Assembly: GCA_963744995.1 (NCBI GenBank)
Contig: CAVUWA010000001.1
Location: 225,821-289,820 of the forward strand
Reading direction: 5' to 3'
Source of the DNA: Candidatus Eiseniibacteriota bacterium
GTDB lineage: Bacteria > Eisenbacteria > RBG-16-71-46
DNA: 64,000 nt
Below the pieces are notes generated by a model. It made no database searches. It saw only the letters and a program-made list of their open reading frames with translations, and was not told the origin of the DNA. Position numbers and translations under genes: made by a program. This document shows, one piece after another, positions 60,678 through 64,000 of the stretch. The stretch's first letter is position 1. Every line of letters starts with the position of its first letter.

Positions 60678-61981
60678 GCGCGCCGGCGTCGAACGACGCG
60701 CTCAAGCAGGCGCTCGAGCATCACCCGCAGGTGTCCGCGTGGCAGATCCAGCGGGTGCGTACGAGCGACCGTCAGGTGTATCTCGTACAGACCGAGCCCG
60801 AAGCCGAACGGCGCACCGAGGGCGAGACCGTCACGCTCACCGTGTTCACGCGCAACGGCGGGACGCTCGGACGCGCGGCACTCACCGTGCGGGCGGAGGA
60901 TGATTCGCGCCTGGGCGCGCTCGTGGACGATGCCGTCTACATGGCGGGCCTCGGCGGCGACGCGCCGTGGGCGCTGCCCGTAGGAAGCGCCGTGCCGGGC
61001 GTCGAACTCGCCGACGCCGCCCTCCTTCCGGCCGCGGCGCTCGCGACCGGCAAGGCGATCACCGAACGCTGGCGCGCCGCCGTGGCCGCGGCGAAGCACG
61101 CGACGCCGTCGTCCATGGAGCTCTACTGCACGACTCAGACGACGCGCCTCGAAACCTCGGCGGGCTTCGCCGCCTCGTACGAGGCGACGCGGCTCTCGAT
61201 GCTGTCGATCCTGCTCGCGAAGGGCGAGCGCGAGGCCGAGCGGATCTCGTGGGAGGAACGCCGCCGCGCCGCGGACCTCGACGTGGAGACGATCGTCGAG
61301 GAAGCCGGCAACGAAGCGTTCGAGCTGACCCGCGCCGAACTGCCGCCGTCGGGCACCTACCCGGTGCTGATCGACGCCGGCAACATGGCCGCGCTGTTCG
61401 GTCCCGTGCAGACCAATGCCAACGCTCAGAGCCTGTACCAGAAGGGCTCGCGATTCACGCTCGGCGAGCGGCTGCCCATGAAGGGCGCGGGCGGCGACCC
61501 GATCACCGTGATCACCAACGCCGTGCTGCCCTACGGGCTGTCGAGCTACGCGTTCGACGCCGACGGCGTGCCGGGCCAGCGCGTCGAGGTCGTGAAAGAT
61601 GGCGTGTTCGTGCGGCCGTGGGCGACCCAGCAGTACGCCGACTACCTTGGCGTCCAGGCCACCGGCGCGTGGGCCAACCTCGAGCTGCCGGCCGGAACGC
61701 GCTCGTTCGCCGACCTCACGGCCGGAGACGGCCCGGTGCTGCACGTGCGCGCGTTCTCGTGGCTCACGCCCGACCTGACGCGCGGCGCGTTCTCGAGCGA
61801 GATCCGCGTCGGCTACCTGTACCGGGGCGGCAAGCGCACCCCGGTCAAGGGCGGCACGGTGAGCGGCAACCTGTTCGAGGCGCTCGGCGCCGCGCGGTTC
61901 GCGAGCGAGCGCGTGACGCGGGGGAGCTACTACGGGCCGAAGGCGGTCAGGCTGGAAGGCTTGACGGTCGCGGGGGCGTGA
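60674..61981 (+). CDS. pmbA: PmbA/TldE family non-catalytic subunit
   Basis: GTG start overlaps the tldD stop; PPSGTYPV, FDADGVP, VKDG, VSGNLFEAL; no HExxxH. Confidence 0.82.
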   Translation: MSAPASNDALKQALEHHPQVSAWQIQRVRTSDRQVYLVQTEPEAERRTEGETVTLTVFTRNGGTLGRAALTVRAEDDSRLGALVDDAVYMAGLGGDAPWALPVGSAVPGVELADAALLPAAALATGKAITERWRAAVAAAKHATPSSMELYCTTQTTRLETSAGFAASYEATRLSMLSILLAKGEREAERISWEERRRAADLDVETIVEEAGNEAFELTRAELPPSGTYPVLIDAGNMAALFGPVQTNANAQSLYQKGSRFTLGERLPMKGAGGDPITVITNAVLPYGLSSYAFDADGVPGQRVEVVKDGVFVRPWATQQYADYLGVQATGAWANLELPAGTRSFADLTAGDGPVLHVRAFSWLTPDLTRGAFSSEIRVGYLYRGGKRTPVKGGTVSGNLFEALGAARFASERVTRGSYYGPKAVRLEGLTVAGA

Positions 61982-62252
61982 AGGGCGGGCCTGGCAACGA
62001 CCCGATGTGAATGGGCCAGGGCAAGCCACGCCGCCTCCGGCCGCTTTCTTTCCCCCCCGCGCCGACCCCGAGGACCCGGGCCAGAATTCACAGCGCCCTG
62101 AACTCAAGCCCTCGCAGGAGCCCCGCAGCGCGTCTTGCCGGGTGTAGTCTTCGCCCGCGCCTCGGGAAGTTCAGCGTGCGCCGGCCGGAACGGCTGGCGG
62201 CACACCTCGAGAGCCCTCACCTGCCCGAACCACAGTTCAAGGAGGCCATGAA

Positions 62253-62546
62253 ATGAGCGTGAGCGTCTTCTTCGAAGTCCAGGTCAAGCCCGAAGCGGTG
62301 GAAGGACTGAAGGAGACATTGAAGACGCTGCTGCCGGAGACCCGAAAGTACGACGGGTGCCAGGGCATGGACCTCTACGGCAACCTGGACCAGGGGACGA
62401 ACCTGGTGCTCCACGAGCGCTGGGCCTCCCGGGAACACCATCAGAAGTATCTGGCCTGGCGCACGGAAACGGGCGTCATGGAGAAGCTTGGCGCCGCGCT
62501 GGCCGGGCCGCCCGGCATCCGCTACTTCGAGCGTGTAGACGCGTAA
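62253..62546 (+). CDS. Antibiotic biosynthesis monooxygenase (ABM)/putative quinol monooxygenase
   Basis: VKPE...TRKYDGC...LHERWASREHHQKYLAWR.ETG; AAGGAGG RBS. Confidence 0.9.
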   Translation: MSVSVFFEVQVKPEAVEGLKETLKTLLPETRKYDGCQGMDLYGNLDQGTNLVLHERWASREHHQKYLAWRTETGVMEKLGAALAGPPGIRYFERVDA

Positions 62547-62591
62547 GTCAGCCGGGCGGGCGTTCTCTGCGAACGAATCTCCGCGGAGCGC

Positions 62592-63689
62592 TCACGGGCG
62601 GCCGAGCATCACGACGCGGCGGGTGACGATTCGATCCGACATGCTCAGGCGGTAGAAGTAGATCCCGCCGGGCATCCGCTGACCGCGATCGTCGCGGCCG
62701 TTCCACATGAAGCGGCTCGTGCCGCGCGCCAGCATGCCGTCGAACACAGTGGCCACGCGCCGGCCGCCCACGTCGAAGATCGCGACCTCGGCGCGCGCCG
62801 GCGCATCGAGCGTCACGCCGAACTCGGTCTGGTCTGCGAACGGATTCGGACGGCTCTGCGACAGCGCCGCGGCGAGCGAATCGTTGGGCGGCGCCGCGGG
62901 CGGCGGCGGTCCGGCCGGCGTGTCGTAGACGTAGAACTGCAGCACCCCGTCGAGGTCCGCGATCGAGTCCGGGCTGAATTCGAAGCGCAGGTGCACGTTC
63001 AGCTCCGCCGGCCCGGCCGGCAGCAACCCCAGACTCGCGTGGTACATCCACGTCTGGGTCGTGTCCGGGCAGCTCACGTTCTGCGCCATGAGCGTGAGGT
63101 TCAGGTGTTGGCTGTCCGGCTGCGAAGCGTCGAGGATGAAGCACGGGAACGGCGACCAGCCCGTGAAGTCGATCGCAGTCGGCTGCTGAAGGTTCGGGTA
63201 GACCGGATCGAAGATCACCTTCGAGACGTACGGCATGAAGGTGACCGGCGGCGGCGGTAGCGGTGGCGGCGGCGGGTGTGGCGGATTCGCCGACTGCACG
63301 AAATAGACGAGCTGCGCTTCGTTCTCGTCGACGACGCCCCCCGGATGCTCGACCCGCATGTGCACCGTCATCGAGTGCAGCCCCCCCGGCAGCACGCCGA
63401 GCGGGACCGAGTACTGCCAGTTGACCGTCGTGTCTGCGCAGCCGTCCGAGTACATGACGAGATCCACGCGCGTCGAGTCGGGCGTCCCCACCGTGTCCAC
63501 GCGCCCGCAGGCGAACGGATACTGCCCGTAGAAGATGATCGAGGTCGTATCGTTCACCGTGGGCTGCGACGGATCGAAGCGGTAGTACGCGACGTTCGGC
63601 ATGAACTGGGCGCGGGCCGGGGTCGCGGCTGTGGCCGCGAGGGCGAGGAGAGCGACCGCGAAGCCGCCTGTGCGTACGCGGTGAATCAT
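62592..63689 (-). CDS. Secreted protein with two tandem Ig-like repeats and FlgD/T9SS-like CTD
   Basis: Signal peptide; two repeats of about 100 aa beginning FMP..V...FDP..P, separated by a poly-Pro linker; C-terminal SRPNPF...IFDVGGRRV...WNGRD..G...GGIYFY; GGAGG RBS. Confidence 0.85.
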   Translation of the reverse strand: MIHRVRTGGFAVALLALAATAATPARAQFMPNVAYYRFDPSQPTVNDTTSIIFYGQYPFACGRVDTVGTPDSTRVDLVMYSDGCADTTVNWQYSVPLGVLPGGLHSMTVHMRVEHPGGVVDENEAQLVYFVQSANPPHPPPPPLPPPPVTFMPYVSKVIFDPVYPNLQQPTAIDFTGWSPFPCFILDASQPDSQHLNLTLMAQNVSCPDTTQTWMYHASLGLLPAGPAELNVHLRFEFSPDSIADLDGVLQFYVYDTPAGPPPPAAPPNDSLAAALSQSRPNPFADQTEFGVTLDAPARAEVAIFDVGGRRVATVFDGMLARGTSRFMWNGRDDRGQRMPGGIYFYRLSMSDRIVTRRVVMLGRP

Positions 63690-63885
63690 GGCGTGCCTCC
63701 GAATCACGGATCGTCGGTGCCGGTCGTAGAGATACTAACCGATGGCGGAAGCCCGGCGCCCGATACATGGCCGCGCAGCAGCAGCGGCGTGGAGGCGGAA
63801 GATGAGCCCGCCCCGTTCGCCAGGAAAGCCCCGGGGAGGCAGGGGCTCGAAGTCGCGTGGGGTTGGGAGGTTGCCGCGCTCAAGC

Positions 63886-63975
63886 TGGCGGAGAGGGAGG
63901 GATTCGAACCCTCGGAACCCTTGCGGGTTCAACGGTTTTCGAGACCGCCCGATTCAACCACTCTCGCACCTCTCC
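63886..63975 (-). tRNA. tRNA-Ser(CGA)
   Basis: GGAGAGGTGCGAGAGTGG...GCGGT CT CGA AA ACCGT, long variable arm, GGTTCGAATCC, GCCA; 90 nt. Confidence 0.97.
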
Positions 63976-64000
63976 GCGGGCGTGTTTACACGAACTTACG

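Noticed and set aside
62200..62245. 6S RNA-like GAACC...GTTCAAG element
   Set aside because: No closing long stem of a 6S rod is evident, and the element runs into the ABM ribosome-binding site.
54885..63975. Near-identical 3' ends of the two tRNA-Ser genes as attL/attR of an integrated element
   Set aside because: Both are complete tRNAs with different anticodons (GGA, CGA), and no integrase or phage genes lie between them.

Overview
Very GC-rich bacterial chromosomal window, mostly minus-strand housekeeping genes. Gene content (several secreted proteins with FlgD/T9SS-like C-terminal domains, mglAB beside recR, spoVG beside ispE/prs, a Fibrobacter-like SOS box) suggests an FCB-group diderm such as Candidatus Eisenbacteria; this is inference, not a database match. 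From left to right: a Tad/Flp pilus locus (cpaF truncated at the edge) with a sigma54-type promoter; an HNH protein with a RuvA-C-like tail; livKHMGF; a two-domain amidase, TonB and envelope genes; rplI-DUF2232-rpsR-ssb-rpsF-pth-rplY-prs-tRNA-Gln-spoVG-ispE; a UbiA/gmhA/rmlD/rmlA cluster; alaS-recX-recA-thpR-cinA-pgpA, interrupted by an ECF/anti-sigma/PP2C/surface-protein cassette; mglA-mglB; recR-ebfC-dnaX-ffs-tRNA-Ala; terC; and an accessory block between two tRNA-Ser genes. The best candidate for an undescribed system is in that block: an ArsR-type regulator facing a secreted tandem-retropepsin protease, a TldD with a twin-arginine signal and a signal-less PmbA partner. I found no CRISPR array, rRNA, integrase or transposase. 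Several start codons were re-chosen by hand from RBS and stop/start overlap evidence. All family calls come from motif recognition, not from searches.
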